Source of the DNA: Spirochaetia bacterium | Lineage (GTDB): Bacteria > Spirochaetota > Spirochaetia > SZUA-6 > Bin103 | Length of the DNA: 64,000 nucleotides | Reading direction: 5' to 3' | NCBI GenBank assembly: GCA_965203905.1 | Contig: CBDBDQ010000005.1 | Location: forward strand, 416,001-480,000 | Shown: piece by piece, positions 48,990-58,351 of the stretch | Layout: the number at the start of each line of letters is the position of its first letter | How positions within the stretch are numbered: position 1 is the first letter of the stretch | Program-made: the position numbers and the translations under genes | Notes under the pieces: generated by a model | Seen by the model: only the letters and a program-made list of their open reading frames with translations | Database searches by the model: none | Told to the model about the DNA's origin: nothing

Positions 48990-50298
48990 GGAGTCTCGCC
49001 AAAATAAGTTGGTCTTTTAGTCACTGTCGGGGAGTCAGCATGTAGTTCCATTCGCCGTGAAACCGATCGCGCTTCAGATTCAGTGCCTGCATCTGTTCGT
49101 CGCTCACCGTCTGCCCCGTCGGGTAGCTGTTGTGGTCCAACTCCGAGCGGATCGTCAAGCCGCTCCTGGTCCTCGTGTGGCCGATCAGGTTCACCACCAC
49201 CTGCCGGCTCACCAGCGGTCGCCCGCGCCAGTTCTCGGTGATGTGACAGAACATCCGATGCTCGATCTTGTTCCACTTGCTGGTCCCCGGCGGAAAGTGA
49301 CACACCGAGATGCGCAGCCCCGTGGCATCGGCGAACTGCTGCAACTCCACCTTCCACAGCCGACTGCGACTGCTGTTTGAACCGCCCCCGTCGGCCGTGA
49401 TCAGCAACCGCCGCGCCTGTGGATACGCCATATGGCCCATCCTCTGCCACCACCTCCGCAGTGTCTCCACGGCGAATACCGCGGTGTCGTGATCCTCCCC
49501 CACGCTCACCCAGCCGGTGTCACCGGTCACGTCGTAGATCCCGTACGGAATCGCCTTGCCGAGCGTCTTATCCACGAAATCGTGCACCTTGACGCGCTCC
49601 GGTTGGCCCTTCGGGCGCCACTCTCGACCCCCGTTGCGGTACTCGCCCACCAACTCCTTTTTCTTGGTGTCAACAGAAACTACCGGCTGCCGCAGAGCCT
49701 GAAACGCGCGCACCCTCCGGTTGATGTGCTTGAACTGCGCATCGCGGTCGACATGCTGCGTGCCTTCCAGCGTCTTGCGGTTGGCCTGCAGGCTGTAGCC
49801 CAACTCATGCAACAGCCGGTTCACGGTCCGCTCGCTCACCGGGTGACCGGCCGCCTGCAGTTCCTCGGCCAACCGCGCCGCGCTACTGCAGGTCCACAGC
49901 AACGGCCCCATCGGGTCGCCGCGGGTGACCGGGTCGACCAACCGCTCCAGCGCCTGTGTCAACTTCGGGTCGCGGGCGGTCAACGGCTTACGGCCTGCGC
50001 CGGGTCGTCGCTGGCGTCCGCTGTTGGCTTGTGCCCCTGCTGCTGCGCCGGCATCCAGTTCCTTCAGCCCGGCGTGAATGGTGGTCCGCGAGATCCCGGT
50101 GGCGGCCGCCACACAGGCGATGCCGCCACGGCCCAGCAGGCGCGCCTCCACCGCAGCCCAGCGGCGCCGGAGGCGCTCGTCAAACAATGGATTCAGGGCT
50201 GCGAACTTGGTCTTGACCGCTTGGGTGAGAATTGGGTCCACTACGTCTGAGTAGATTATCGGCTACTCCGTTCGATCACTTTATTTTGGCGAGAGTCC
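48990..50298 (-). mobile_element. ISAzo13-family insertion sequence
   Basis: IRs GGAGTCTCGCCAAAATAA / TTATTTTGGCGAGAGTCC (17/18); TAA duplicated at 48987-48989 and 50299-50301. Confidence 0.92.
49021..50241 (-). CDS. ISAzo13-family transposase
   Basis: 'RGDPM.PL.WT', 'SVDTKKKELVG', 'DHDTAVFAV', 'DGGGSN', 'PPGTSKWNKIEHRMF'. Confidence 0.95.
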   Translation of the reverse strand: MDPILTQAVKTKFAALNPLFDERLRRRWAAVEARLLGRGGIACVAAATGISRTTIHAGLKELDAGAAAGAQANSGRQRRPGAGRKPLTARDPKLTQALERLVDPVTRGDPMGPLLWTCSSAARLAEELQAAGHPVSERTVNRLLHELGYSLQANRKTLEGTQHVDRDAQFKHINRRVRAFQALRQPVVSVDTKKKELVGEYRNGGREWRPKGQPERVKVHDFVDKTLGKAIPYGIYDVTGDTGWVSVGEDHDTAVFAVETLRRWWQRMGHMAYPQARRLLITADGGGSNSSRSRLWKVELQQFADATGLRISVCHFPPGTSKWNKIEHRMFCHITENWRGRPLVSRQVVVNLIGHTRTRSGLTIRSELDHNSYPTGQTVSDEQMQALNLKRDRFHGEWNYMLTPRQ

Positions 50299-50307
50299 TA
50301 AGCTCGA

Positions 50308-50624
50308 TTAAAGCCGACTTTTCCAGTAACCAGGCTTGCGACGATCGTGGGCGACAGCAGCACTCGGATCGTGGCTTCGGTCTCGTGGTTGATGTAGACG
50401 ATATGGTACGGGAAGCGCTTGACAGGTGCGCGCCGCACACGCAGCTCGGCAGGCACGCGAGGCACGAACACACCTGCACGCGGGAAGCGAACGATATGGG
50501 CCAGGGTGGCGTCTACCGTGTCGAGGAACTCGGTGCCCAATCCGGCTCGCTGGTCGTCGTACCAGCGGGCGGCAGCGCGGTATTCCTGTTCTGCCTCGTC
50601 TTCAAACCGGATAGCGCGGCTCAC
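50308..50624 (-). pseudogene. ParE-family toxin with a C-terminal frameshift
   Basis: 'EAEQEY..AARWY..QRAGLG.EF', 'RFPY.IVY'; canonical tail AVAHDRRKPGYWKSRL* sits in a shifted frame after GTGCT^GCTGTC. Confidence 0.75.
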
Positions 50625-50863
50625 CGCCGACGCAGCTCCTCTTCGGCTCGCCGTCTCACATCTTCCCAGGGAATCCCAGCTGATTGGCCGGAGAGAATCC
50701 GCCGCGCCCGCCGCTCGATTTCAGCCGCCCAGGCTGTCTCGACATCCTGCATGTCGCTTTCGGCCTCGTCCAGGCTGACGAGCAATTCGGCAGCCATATC
50801 GGCGCGTTCTTCGGCAGGCAGCGTCAGGGCATCGCGGAGAATCTGTTGCGTACGAGAGGTCAT
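50621..50863 (-). CDS. Addiction-module antitoxin (TIGR02574-like)
   Basis: 'ALTLPAEERA.MA.ELL.SLD...AW.AEIERR.......IPWEDV'. Confidence 0.85.
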   Translation of the reverse strand: MTSRTQQILRDALTLPAEERADMAAELLVSLDEAESDMQDVETAWAAEIERRARRILSGQSAGIPWEDVRRRAEEELRRR

Positions 50864-51071
50864 AGCGGCACTCTAACCGCAGTGAGGCGGCCCACCAAGT
50901 CGGTCACCCAGGCGTCCCAGGCGTTGTGATCAGGTGGTCGTGCCGGCACGTACGACGCGGTAGTGCAGTTGCCAACTGCCGTTCGTAGCGTGAGGGCCGC
51001 GCCCCGCGCTCCCGCCGCCAGCATCTGCGCCCGGACAACGCCAGGCCAGCTGGCGGCCGCCACGTTGCTCC

Positions 51072-51221
51072 GGCCACGTGCGCCAGCGGGCCAGCGCTCT
51101 GCCCCGACCGGAGCGGACTTCGCTGGCCGCACACCCCTACCATCCATGGGCACTCCGTGACCAGTGCCGGCGGCGCCGTCGGCGACTTTGACCGGGACGG
51201 TTGGCAAGACCTGTTCGTGCC
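51072..51221 (+). repeat. ~150-bp near-identical copy of 47227-47376 (FG-GAP gene fragment)
   Basis: Manual alignment shows about 10 mismatches; shares CACTCCGTGACCAGTGCCGGCGGCGCCGTCGGCGAC. Confidence 0.9.
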
Positions 51222-51531
51222 TGTTTCGGTTCTTGATCCAGTCCGCGGTGCGGATACGTCTCGTCGGACTTCACGTCGTCGTTCCTCATTCCAGATCTGG
51301 AAGTTCCGCGCGCGACAACAAGACACGGATCGTTCGCGGCTGCCTCGGAACCCGAGTAATCAGTCCCCGCTTTTCGAAGTGTAACACTCCTTGCCGTTGC
51401 TATCTTGTAGACGGTTAGCAGCGTATGGCGGGACGAATCCGCGATTCGACTATAGCAACGAGTATCGACGATTGCTATGGCGGCGTAGGCGACCACGCAA
51501 CGATGGGATGGTCTGCCCAATGGACAGCCTC

Positions 51532-52467
51532 CTACGCCTTTTTCGCCGGCTCGCGGCCCAGGCGGCCGCCGCCGCCCCTCAGCCGCGGGTCGAGCAGGTC
51601 CCGCACCGCGTCGCCGAACATGTTCAGGCTGTAGACCAGCACGGTCAGGAAGATACCGGGCCAGAACGCCAGCCACGGCGCCTGTTCCATGTACTCGCGC
51701 CCTTCGCGGCTCAGCATACCACCCCAGCTGGGAACCTCCAGTGGCAGACCGAAGCCGAGAAAGCTCAGCGAGGCCTCACTGATGATCACCGCACCGATGT
51801 TGATGCTGAAGACGATGATTACGGGAGCGACGATGTTGGGCACGACGTGCCACACGAGCGTCCTCCACCGCGAGGACCCAATCGCCTCGGCCGCCTGAAA
51901 GTAGACATTCTCCTTGATGGCGATGACGGCGCTTCTGACCACTCTCGATCCGCCGATGCCGCCGGTTACCCCGAGGACCACGATGGTCTGCACCAGCCCC
52001 TGCCCCACGATGGACATGATGGTCAACAGGATCAGCAGTCCGGGTATCGATATCCAGGCATCGACGAATCGTTGGGTCGCCAAGTCCACCTTACCGCCAA
52101 CGAAGCCGGAGGCACCGCCGATCACCATGGCGACCACGACGTTGAGGGCGGTCGCGGCCAGGCCAACGGTCAGCGAAACACGCGCGCCGTAGATCAGGCG
52201 GGTCAGCAGGTCGCGTCCGACATGATCGGTGCCGAGCAGAAAGCGCGCCGAGGGGCCGCTGAGCCGATCGGCCAGGCTCATCTCCAGCATTCCGTGGGGA
52301 GCCAGCACGTCGGCGAAGATGGCGGTCAGCGCGAACAGCACGATGATGATCCCACTGGCGGTTCCCAGCGGCTTCTCCTTCCACAGCCGAGCGAAGAAGT
52401 AGGCGGCGCCGGTGCGGGTCTTCGGCTCGCTGGGAGCGCTCACCGCGGTGGTCTGTCTGTCACTCAT
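51532..52467 (-). CDS. Peptide ABC transporter permease (DppC-like)
   Basis: 'LGTDHVGRDLL', 'EASLSFLGFG', 'NMFGDAVRDLLDPR'. Confidence 0.9.
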   Translation of the reverse strand: MSDRQTTAVSAPSEPKTRTGAAYFFARLWKEKPLGTASGIIIVLFALTAIFADVLAPHGMLEMSLADRLSGPSARFLLGTDHVGRDLLTRLIYGARVSLTVGLAATALNVVVAMVIGGASGFVGGKVDLATQRFVDAWISIPGLLILLTIMSIVGQGLVQTIVVLGVTGGIGGSRVVRSAVIAIKENVYFQAAEAIGSSRWRTLVWHVVPNIVAPVIIVFSINIGAVIISEASLSFLGFGLPLEVPSWGGMLSREGREYMEQAPWLAFWPGIFLTVLVYSLNMFGDAVRDLLDPRLRGGGGRLGREPAKKA

Positions 52468-53416
52468 AGCGGATTCTCGGATCGAGGAACCCGTACGTCA
52501 GGTCGATGAGCACGTTCCCCACCACGACGAAGCTGCCGAACAGCAGGTTGATTCCCGAGACCACCGTGTAGTCTCGGTCTTCGAGAGCATTCAGCATCAG
52601 ACGCCCCAGCCCAGGCAGGTTGAAGATGTTCTCCATGATGACCGAGCCGCCCACCAGGATGGGCAGCTGCAAGCCCACCAGCGTAATCACCGGAATGATG
52701 GCGTTCTTGACCGCGTGCCGCACGACCACCGCCCGCTCCTTCAGACCCTTGGACCAGGCGGTGCGGACATAGTCCTGCCGCAGCACCTCCAACATCATGG
52801 TGCGTGTCATCCGCATGGTGGCCGCGGCCATCGCCGTTCCCAGGATGGCGCCGGGAATGATGAACATCCCCAGGTTCCCCAGCGGGTCGGCGCTGAACCG
52901 GATGAGGCGCATCGGCGGCGACCAGCCCCACCAGATTGCCGGGTAGAGCATGACCATCAGCGCCAGCCAGAAGTTGGGCGTTGCCAGGCCGATGACGGCA
53001 ACCGAGCGTCCCACGTAGTCGGGGGCGGTATCCTGGCGGATCGCCGAGTAGATGCCCACCGGCAGTGCGATCAGCAGCCCGATCACCAGCGCCGTCGCGC
53101 CGAGCTGAATCGTCACCGGCAACCTACCCGCTATCTTCTCGTTTACGGAGAAGCGGCCGAGCAGGGATTGACCCAGGCTCCCGTGCAGCACGATGTCGCC
53201 CAGCCAGCGCGCGTACTGCACGGGAATGGGCTGGTCCAAGCCGAGCTTGCGCTCGAGAGCTTCGCGGTCGATCTCGCCGGCGGTGAAGGCGTAGTCCGCC
53301 TGCATGGCGTCGATGACATCGCCGGGGATGAACCGGACCAGCAGAAAGACGATCATGCTCAGGATCAGGAGCGTAGGGACGACCAGCAGCACCCTTCTGA
53401 TGACGTACGCTCTCAT
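52460..53416 (-). CDS. Peptide ABC transporter permease (DppB-like)
   Basis: 'YVIRR', 'IPGD', 'DYVRTAWSKGL', 'DPRIRY'. Confidence 0.9.
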   Translation of the reverse strand: MRAYVIRRVLLVVPTLLILSMIVFLLVRFIPGDVIDAMQADYAFTAGEIDREALERKLGLDQPIPVQYARWLGDIVLHGSLGQSLLGRFSVNEKIAGRLPVTIQLGATALVIGLLIALPVGIYSAIRQDTAPDYVGRSVAVIGLATPNFWLALMVMLYPAIWWGWSPPMRLIRFSADPLGNLGMFIIPGAILGTAMAAATMRMTRTMMLEVLRQDYVRTAWSKGLKERAVVVRHAVKNAIIPVITLVGLQLPILVGGSVIMENIFNLPGLGRLMLNALEDRDYTVVSGINLLFGSFVVVGNVLIDLTYGFLDPRIRYE

Positions 53417-53456
53417 GGCAGATACCTGGCTGTTATCACGCGGCGTGCGGAGATGA

Positions 53457-53497
53457 GAGGGGAGCCGGGAAGCCTGCGCGAGGCTCCCGACTCCCTC
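53457..53497 (-). terminator. Intercistronic stem-loop downstream of the SBP gene
   Basis: GAGGGGAGCCGGGAAGCCT...AGGCTCCCGACTCCCTC. Confidence 0.6.
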
Positions 53498-53531
53498 GTG
53501 TACAGATCAGGCGGAGAAGGGGCGCGGGGCG

Positions 53532-55301
53532 CTAGCCGCCCATTTCCCTTTTCAGCGCCTGATCGATCCAGAGGCGGGCATAGACGGCGTTCTTGTTCCA
53601 GACCCCCATGTAGAAGTCACCGTCGAAGCCCTGCAGCCACGGCTGGGTGACGTTGAACCATGGATTCAGGCCTCCCCACATGAAGATGTGGTTCTCTACG
53701 AGCCAGTAATCGGCCTCTCTCGCGAGCCGCTGATATTCCTCCGCGGTGGCAGCCACTTTCAGTGCCTCGAACAGCGCGTCGTACTCCGGGTCACTGAGTC
53801 CTGGGACGTTGTTGGGGTGGCCCGACGACGTGGCGTTCAGAATTACCAGAGGGCGATACGGAGTGCCCTGACTCCAGTTGCCGAGGCCGTCATACTCGCC
53901 CTTGCCACCCCCGAAGCTGGCCTGGAACGTAGGCCAATCCTGTTGCCGGATCTCGACCTGGACCCCGATCTCGGCAAGGTAGCCCTGGACGATCTCACGA
54001 TGCCCGATGCTCTGGGGGTTGGTGATCATGTCGCTGATCGTGAATCGGATGCCGTCGGCGCCGCGCGGATACCCGGCCTCGTCGAGGAGCTTCTCGGCAG
54101 CTTCCGGGTCGTACCGGTAGTACTGCCTGACCTCCTCGGGCCACTCAGCAAACGGAATCGCAAACCCGGTGAACGGCTGTATCGACCCCATGGGTTCGGG
54201 CCGCATCCAACCCTTGTAGTAGGTGTTGTTGATGGTTTCGAGGTCGACCGCCATCTGTATGGCGTGGCGCACGCGGATGTCGTCGAAGGGTGGCTTGGTC
54301 ACGTTGAAGGCAGCGCTCTCCCCCGCCCGAAAATAGTACGGGTTCACCCTCAGCTCGGGGTTGCTCCGCTGCAGGCTGTCGATCGGGTCCACCGTCTGAA
54401 AATGTCCCCGGCCGTTGTGAGCAAGGTAGTCGATCTGGCCGGTACGCATGGCCGAGATGCGTGTCGCTTGGTCTGGCATGATCAGTCTGACCAGCTCGTC
54501 GATGTAGGGCAGGCGGTTCTCGGGGTACTTCTCGTCGTGGCCCCAGTAGTCGGGATTCTTGACCCAGGTGATGGCGCTGCCGTCGACCCAGTCCGTCAAC
54601 ATGAAGGGACCGGTACCGACCAGGTTCCTCCAGTCGGCGACGTCGCCGTGCTGCTCGATCACCTCGGGCGCGTTTACGAACCCCATACTGTCCTCGATCA
54701 GCACCAACAGCGCATCGAGGGGTGGATCGACCAGCTTGACCTCGACCGTGTATCTGTCGGTGGCGGTGACCGATTCCCATGACAGGTCGGGGTATCGGGT
54801 GTTCTTGTCGCTGGTGCGCCAGCGCGCGATGTTGTACACCACGTCGTCGGCCGTCAGCTCGCGACCGTTCATCGGTGCCTTGTCGTGCCAGCGAACGCCC
54901 TGACGGATGTGGAAGATATAGGTCGAAGGGTCGGGGATGTCCCAGCTTTCGGCCAGAGCGCCGATAAACTGGTCCTCGAGCAGGAACTCGTTCGCGAGAT
55001 TGTTCACGCTCCGATCTATGCCCCAGTTGGCGATGCTGAGCTTCTCGACCACGCCGCTGGCGGCAGCTCCTGCCCCGATATCACCGACCATCGCGTCGGA
55101 GTTCGGAGGCTCCCACGAGGAGCCGTACGTCAACGTCCCACCATACTCCGGCGCCGTGTACACCTTGCCGTTGGTGGGGTCGGTGACGTACTTCTTGTCG
55201 GCCGCGGCTGCCGCGCCGGCGCTCTCGTCTTCGCCGGCGGCGAACGAAACGGTGGCCGCCAGCGCGAACGCCAGTGCCATCGATACGAATCTGGAAACCA
55301 T
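53532..55301 (-). CDS. ABC transporter substrate-binding protein, family 5
   Basis: GAGGAGG RBS; signal peptide; 'LAESW', 'GTGPF', 'KNPDYW', 'PFDDIRVR'. Confidence 0.9.
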   Translation of the reverse strand: MVSRFVSMALAFALAATVSFAAGEDESAGAAAAADKKYVTDPTNGKVYTAPEYGGTLTYGSSWEPPNSDAMVGDIGAGAAASGVVEKLSIANWGIDRSVNNLANEFLLEDQFIGALAESWDIPDPSTYIFHIRQGVRWHDKAPMNGRELTADDVVYNIARWRTSDKNTRYPDLSWESVTATDRYTVEVKLVDPPLDALLVLIEDSMGFVNAPEVIEQHGDVADWRNLVGTGPFMLTDWVDGSAITWVKNPDYWGHDEKYPENRLPYIDELVRLIMPDQATRISAMRTGQIDYLAHNGRGHFQTVDPIDSLQRSNPELRVNPYYFRAGESAAFNVTKPPFDDIRVRHAIQMAVDLETINNTYYKGWMRPEPMGSIQPFTGFAIPFAEWPEEVRQYYRYDPEAAEKLLDEAGYPRGADGIRFTISDMITNPQSIGHREIVQGYLAEIGVQVEIRQQDWPTFQASFGGGKGEYDGLGNWSQGTPYRPLVILNATSSGHPNNVPGLSDPEYDALFEALKVAATAEEYQRLAREADYWLVENHIFMWGGLNPWFNVTQPWLQGFDGDFYMGVWNKNAVYARLWIDQALKREMGG

Positions 55302-55545
55302 ACTGGTTCCTCCTCTCGGGTCGCCATGGGGCGACCCATTAGTGCGCTTGCTGCCGGCAACGCCGGCCGGTGTGGCTGGTGGATGAGGGAGATGCGGGGG
55401 GCTGGCCGAGGCAGTGGAACGGTGGATGTGCGGACCTATGGCCGCCGCCGCTCGGCGGATCGATGGTGCCGCGGTCAACACCGCGCCGCGCACTCGGCCG
55501 TCGCGTGGTTGGCTCGGGCAGTTAGCGGCGCGCGGTAGTCGGGAC

Positions 55546-55590
55546 CGGGTAGTCGGGTAGTCGGGTAGTCGGGTAGTCGGGTAGTCGGGT
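55546..55590. repeat. 8-bp tandem repeat CGGGTAGT x5.6
   Basis: Directly visible; extra copies near 55533 and 55637. Confidence 0.95.
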
Positions 55591-55619
55591 GTATCATGTC
55601 GTCACCCATTACCCGTGCC

Positions 55620-55648
55620 AGTGTAGACGGCCCGCCCGGGTAGTGCAA
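55620..55648 (-). promoter_or_regulatory. Putative sigma70 promoter of the SBP operon
   Basis: Minus strand TTGCAC-N17-TACACT. Confidence 0.5.
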
Positions 55649-55807
55649 GCACAAGCGACGCGGCAGTAATTCTACGACCCGATTACTCCAGGGCGGGTAG
55701 CGGTACCGGGGCGCCGGTGTCGAGGCTGCGATAGATCGCCGCCACCAGCTGCACCGCCTTCCTCGACTCCGGGCCGTTGCTCAACGGGGTGGCGCCGGTT
55801 CGCAGGA

Positions 55808-55887
55808 ATCACCTTGATGAACGGCTTGTTCATGAATTGGAGGACGCGCTCGGTATACAGCGGTCGCGGGATCAGGTTCAGAATCAC
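55808..55887 (-). pseudogene. 5' remnant of an AAA_14/DUF4143-type ATPase
   Basis: 'IPRPLYTERVLQFMNKPFIKVI' breaks off just before the expected Walker A. Confidence 0.5.
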
Positions 55888-55995
55888 TCTCCTATACGGG
55901 AACCTTCCTCAGATTATCACAGAAGAAACGCCGCCGCCGCTATCGGCCCCCGGCTGTCCGCCGCACCGTCGCACCGCCACCAACCGGCGCAGCAT

Positions 55996-56051
55996 TTGGC
56001 GCAAGATTGGCGCAAGATTGGCGCAAGCCGTGGCGCAAGATTGGCACAAGC
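55996..56051. repeat. 11-bp repeat TTGGCGCAAGA x~5
   Basis: Directly visible; interrupted after the third unit. Confidence 0.9.
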
Positions 56052-56153
56052 CTACACACCGGCAACGGACGGGCGGTACTCCAAGCGGCTCGTGCGCCCC
56101 GAGCGCAAGAGCAGGCCCTTGTCGACCAGGACCTTGAGGTCACGCTGCAGCAG
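56052..56153 (-). pseudogene. C-terminal winged-HTH remnant (Fic-family-like)
   Basis: Minus strand reads LQRDLKVLVDKGLLLRSGRTSRLEYR..*. Confidence 0.5.
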
Positions 56154-56286
56154 TTCGATCAGCACCGGACGCGCCTGGTCGGGGCCGGTGAGCGGCGCGG
56201 GAAACGGCAGCCGGGCCAGCCGCGGTCCGGGCGGGGGTGTGGACGCGCAGAGTCACGCCGGAGCGGTCCTGCGGCCGCTGAGGCCG

Positions 56287-57717
56287 TCAACTATCGAGCA
56301 GCCAAGCCAGCAGCGCTACCGGAATGGCTGCAACCTCGGGATCGTCGAGGTTCAACTCGGAGCGCGTGGCCACAATGCCGCGCCATCCGGAGGCAGCCAG
56401 CGTCTGCGCGTCCCGCCGCCAACGGCCGTCGACGTACTTCGACTCGATGGCCCAGCCGCCAAGTTCGGGACCGACGAAATCGATCTCCTTTCGGGTGGGG
56501 GTTCGATGGTACAGAACGCGGTCGAAGCCCAGGTAGCTGCCCGGTCGCTCGCGCTCAAGACTGCGCCAGAGCGCCAACCCAAGTTGCTGTTCGGACAGGA
56601 CGGTTGCGTCGGGGGGCACGTCGACCTCGAGTCGTGCGTAGACCGGATCGGTAAAGTAGACCTTCGCCTGCGCGCTCAGCTTCGGTCGTAATGCATCCTC
56701 CCGGTAACAGGGCCACACCACGAACGATTCCCGCAACTCATCGAGTCGCCGGCGGACGCTGGACGACGACACACCGACGTCCTCGGCCACCGCGGAGATG
56801 TTGATCGGCGCGCACAAGGCCTGCGCAATGCGGTGCATGAATCTGGCGGTCTGTGCCCGCGACCAGTCGGCACGCCGGAACGCGTCGCCGTGAACCACGT
56901 CGACCAGCCCGCGGACCAACGGCGGGGCAACCTCCCGCGCGGCGATGTAGCTCGCCACGGCTGCCGGGAAGCCTCCGGCCAGGAGGTATCCCTCCCACGC
57001 CTCGACCAGCACGTCCAGCCAGGGTGCCAAGGCATGCGCCGCATCCGTCAGCAGGCGTGGGGTCAGGTCGGCCACGCGCAGCGGACCGATACCGGTGCTC
57101 ACCGGCTCGTCCGCGATCAGCCGCGTGAAGGTCCGGAATCCCATCGGCAGCAACACGCGTTCGGGATCACCGGCCGTACCGCGTCTGCCGGCGAGCGCCT
57201 TGATCGACGCTGTGAGGTCGCTTGCCGATGAGCCCGTGAGCACGACCGTGTCGTTGCGGAACTGGGCATCGTTGTCGCGCAGCCACTTGATCCGTTCGGG
57301 CCAGCCGTCCGTAATCCCGGTGATCTCGTCGATGAACCAGCACCGCCGGCCGCCGCGCGGCGTCAGCAGCCCTGCGGCACTCACCAGCCGCCCCAGATCT
57401 GCGGCCTGCCAGCCGTCGACCGCGGCGTGCACGATGCCGCGGGGCGCGGTCCCGGAGGCAATCAGCGCCTCGATGGTGCGTTTGATCTCCACCGACTTGC
57501 CGACGCGCCGTGGACCGCGCAGCACGTACAGGCCGCCCGGGACCAAGTCGTCGAGGACACCGGCAGCGTAGCGAAACGGCGCACCATCGGCCTCCCGCAG
57601 ATCGGGGTCGTCCCGCGGCCAGTCACGCGGATTGCGCCACCACCGGTTGGTGGCAGCCAACATCTGTTGGACCTCACCCTGCTTCACGAACCTGCTCCCG
57701 GAACCGCTGTCCGCCAC
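56287..57717 (-). CDS. AAA+ ATP-binding protein (AAA_14 + DUF4143-like, C-terminal PD-(D/E)xK-like)
   Basis: 'NRWW', Walker A 'GPRRVGKS', Walker B 'FIDEI', 'TGSS', 'GGFP', 'KVYFTDP', 'EIDFV...IESK'. Confidence 0.85.
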   Translation of the reverse strand: MADSGSGSRFVKQGEVQQMLAATNRWWRNPRDWPRDDPDLREADGAPFRYAAGVLDDLVPGGLYVLRGPRRVGKSVEIKRTIEALIASGTAPRGIVHAAVDGWQAADLGRLVSAAGLLTPRGGRRCWFIDEITGITDGWPERIKWLRDNDAQFRNDTVVLTGSSASDLTASIKALAGRRGTAGDPERVLLPMGFRTFTRLIADEPVSTGIGPLRVADLTPRLLTDAAHALAPWLDVLVEAWEGYLLAGGFPAAVASYIAAREVAPPLVRGLVDVVHGDAFRRADWSRAQTARFMHRIAQALCAPINISAVAEDVGVSSSSVRRRLDELRESFVVWPCYREDALRPKLSAQAKVYFTDPVYARLEVDVPPDATVLSEQQLGLALWRSLERERPGSYLGFDRVLYHRTPTRKEIDFVGPELGGWAIESKYVDGRWRRDAQTLAASGWRGIVATRSELNLDDPEVAAIPVALLAWLLDS

Positions 57718-57728
57718 GATGCGGTGGA

Positions 57729-57774
57729 AAAAGTATACTTAACATAACATCTACATCTGTTAATGTATACTTTT
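57729..57774. promoter_or_regulatory. AT-rich inverted repeat (operator-like) upstream of the ATPase gene
   Basis: AAAAGTATAC-TTAACA-N13-TGTTAA-T-GTATACTTTT. Confidence 0.6.
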
Positions 57775-58351
57775 CAAGCTGCCAAGCTGCCGTACCGATT
57801 ACTCACACCTTCTGGGTATAGCCGGCCAGTTTGACCACCCCAAGATAACTGAAGCCAGAGACCGCGTCCGTGCAATGTGCCAGACGAAAGGTATAGCGTT
57901 CTGTTAGTGGGCTTTACCGCCCGCTCCAAGCGAGGTGAAATCATTGTTGGAGAGTGGCATTCGTTGGATAGCGTACGGTTCGGATTCATGGTTTCTGGAG
58001 CGTGAAGCGCGAAATGCGGTCGATGAGATCGCAGCTTGGCACGATTGATGAGGTGAGTGGCAGCGGCCCGGACGTTGATCGCGGAACGCACTCGTCGCAC
58101 CCTCGTCGACCGGCTCCCTACGGGATTCTCTTTTACGGCCACGGCGTGGTCGCGGCTTGGAACTCTTCGATCTTTGCCCTGTACCACTCGGCGTCGACCT
58201 CGGAGGTGTTCGTTCCCCTTGGCCCGGATGACCTCGGGGGCGTACATGAAGTTCATGGCCCCCTGGATGATCGCGGCAAGAGCACCGCGGCGTGGCGCTG
58301 CCAGCTTGATCACCACCGTCGAGCTGTCGGTGGCGGTCCACCAGCGGGCGC

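Noticed and set aside
47227-51221. Repeat pair as DGR template/variable repeat
   Set aside because: Mismatches are not adenine-specific and no reverse transcriptase is present; the same applies to the LLM repeat pair
55996-56051. Sigma54 promoter within the TGGC repeats
   Set aside because: Spacing and -12 element do not match TGGC-N7-TTGC
57780-58350. ORFs between the ATPase and the amidase
   Set aside because: No recognisable family; only a possible frameshifted shard, so not called
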